Shown: one piece after another, positions 46,109 through 46,780 of the stretch | Position numbering within the stretch: the first letter of the stretch is position 1 | Layout: each line of letters starts with the position of its first letter | Source: an uncultured Candidatus Peregrinibacteria bacterium | Lineage (GTDB): Bacteria > Patescibacteriota > Gracilibacteria > Peribacterales > Peribacteraceae | Assembly (NCBI GenBank): GCA_903822115.1 | Contig: CAIJNU010000040.1 | Span: forward strand, 1-46,780 | Reading direction: 5' to 3' | Length of the DNA stretch: 46,780 bases | Translations under genes and position numbers: made by a program | Notes under the pieces: generated by a model | Seen by the model: the letters and a program-made list of their open reading frames with translations, nothing else | Databases searched by the model: none | Told to the model about the DNA's origin: nothing

Positions 46109-46780
46109 TTACTCTCCTTTGGCTTTTCTCGAGAAACCACGGCGCAGCAGAGCATCCTGACGCGCGGGGGGGAGCGTATCCACATAGGCGAGGTAGTCGC
46201 GGACGACAGGATTATCGTGAGCGCGGCGGTAAGCCATTTTCTTGTCGATGCCGTAGAGACCCTCGATGCGTTTCTTCACGAGTGCGAAGGTGTTGGGGAT
46301 CGGTTGTCCGCCTCCTCCGATGCACCCTCCCGGACACGCCATGCACTCCACGTAGTCATAAGCATTCGAATCCTTCGCGATCTCGCGCAGAAGCGGCCAG
46401 AAGTTCTTCGGCATCGCCACGACGGCGACGGAAATCGTGCGCTCACCGACGGAGATCTTCGCGCGCTTGAATCCGTCGAATCCGCGGACGGCGGTGAACT
46501 CGATCGACGGGGAATCCTCTCCCGTGAGCATGCGGTACGCGGTGCGAAGAGCGGATTCCATCACGCCGCCGGATGCGCCGTAGATGGCGCCCGCTCCGGA
46601 GTAAGTCCCTTCCTTGTCCACCTCGCCTTTCTTGAGCCGGGGGAGATCGATTTTCCGGGTCTTGAGGAGAGAGATGAGTTCGCGGGTAGTGAGGACGAAG
46701 TCCACGGGTTTCATGCCGTCGATATTGAGGTGCTCGAAAGTGGATTCGTACTTTTTCGAGGTGCACGGCATGATGGAAAC
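46109..46780 (-). CDS. hydA: [FeFe]-hydrogenase group A catalytic subunit, C-terminal part (runs off the window)
   Basis: H-cluster motifs SIMPCTSKKYE and ECMACPGGCIGGGGQP, GASGGVMESALRT, small-subunit-like RRAHDNP. Confidence 0.92.
   Translation of the reverse strand, partial: VSIMPCTSKKYESTFEHLNIDGMKPVDFVLTTRELISLLKTRKIDLPRLKKGEVDKEGTYSGAGAIYGASGGVMESALRTAYRMLTGEDSPSIEFTAVRGFDGFKRAKISVGERTISVAVVAMPKNFWPLLREIAKDSNAYDYVECMACPGGCIGGGGQPIPNTFALVKKRIEGLYGIDKKMAYRRAHDNPVVRDYLAYVDTLPPARQDALLRRGFSRKAKGE

Noticed and set aside
1..46780. Alternative genetic code (TGA=Gly or global TAG recoding)
   Set aside because: TGA ends korB, trmD, efp, gatB and thyA at expected positions, TAG ends several genes normally, and core genes are intact under the standard code.

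Overview
GC-rich bacterial chromosome segment. Gene content (DUF5667/FecR anti-sigma, CPR-type TrmB, DUF5652, scattered single-gene units) suggests Patescibacteria/CPR, possibly Peribacteria-like; this is an inference. The standard genetic code fits. The genes are mostly housekeeping and metabolic: 2-oxoacid:ferredoxin oxidoreductase alpha/beta, trmD, gpmI, guaA, efp, gatB, def, nth, amtB-glnA, thyA-folA, folE/K/B, secD, rlmD, rlmH, tRNA-Glu(CTC), surface-glycan genes and the 3' part of an [FeFe]-hydrogenase. The most unusual signals are: (1) a hairpin-dense ~310-nt intergenic element after rlmD built from two modules that each recur elsewhere in the window, one with compensatory stem changes; (2) SecD with a parvulin PPIase inside its P1 domain plus an upstream stand-alone P1-head lipoprotein; (3) a GGDEF protein with altered base-specificity residues; (4) a 1.9-kb diverged duplication bounded by 51-bp direct repeats of the trmB 3' end; (5) an in-frame TAG in wecB; (6) small palindromes inserted in frame in guaA and an O-antigen-ligase-like gene; (7) tRNA-Glu 5'-end echoes carrying a REP-like core; (8) a window-wide leaderless-promoter signature. 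No CRISPR array, integrase or transposase is seen. All family calls are by eye from motifs, not from database searches.
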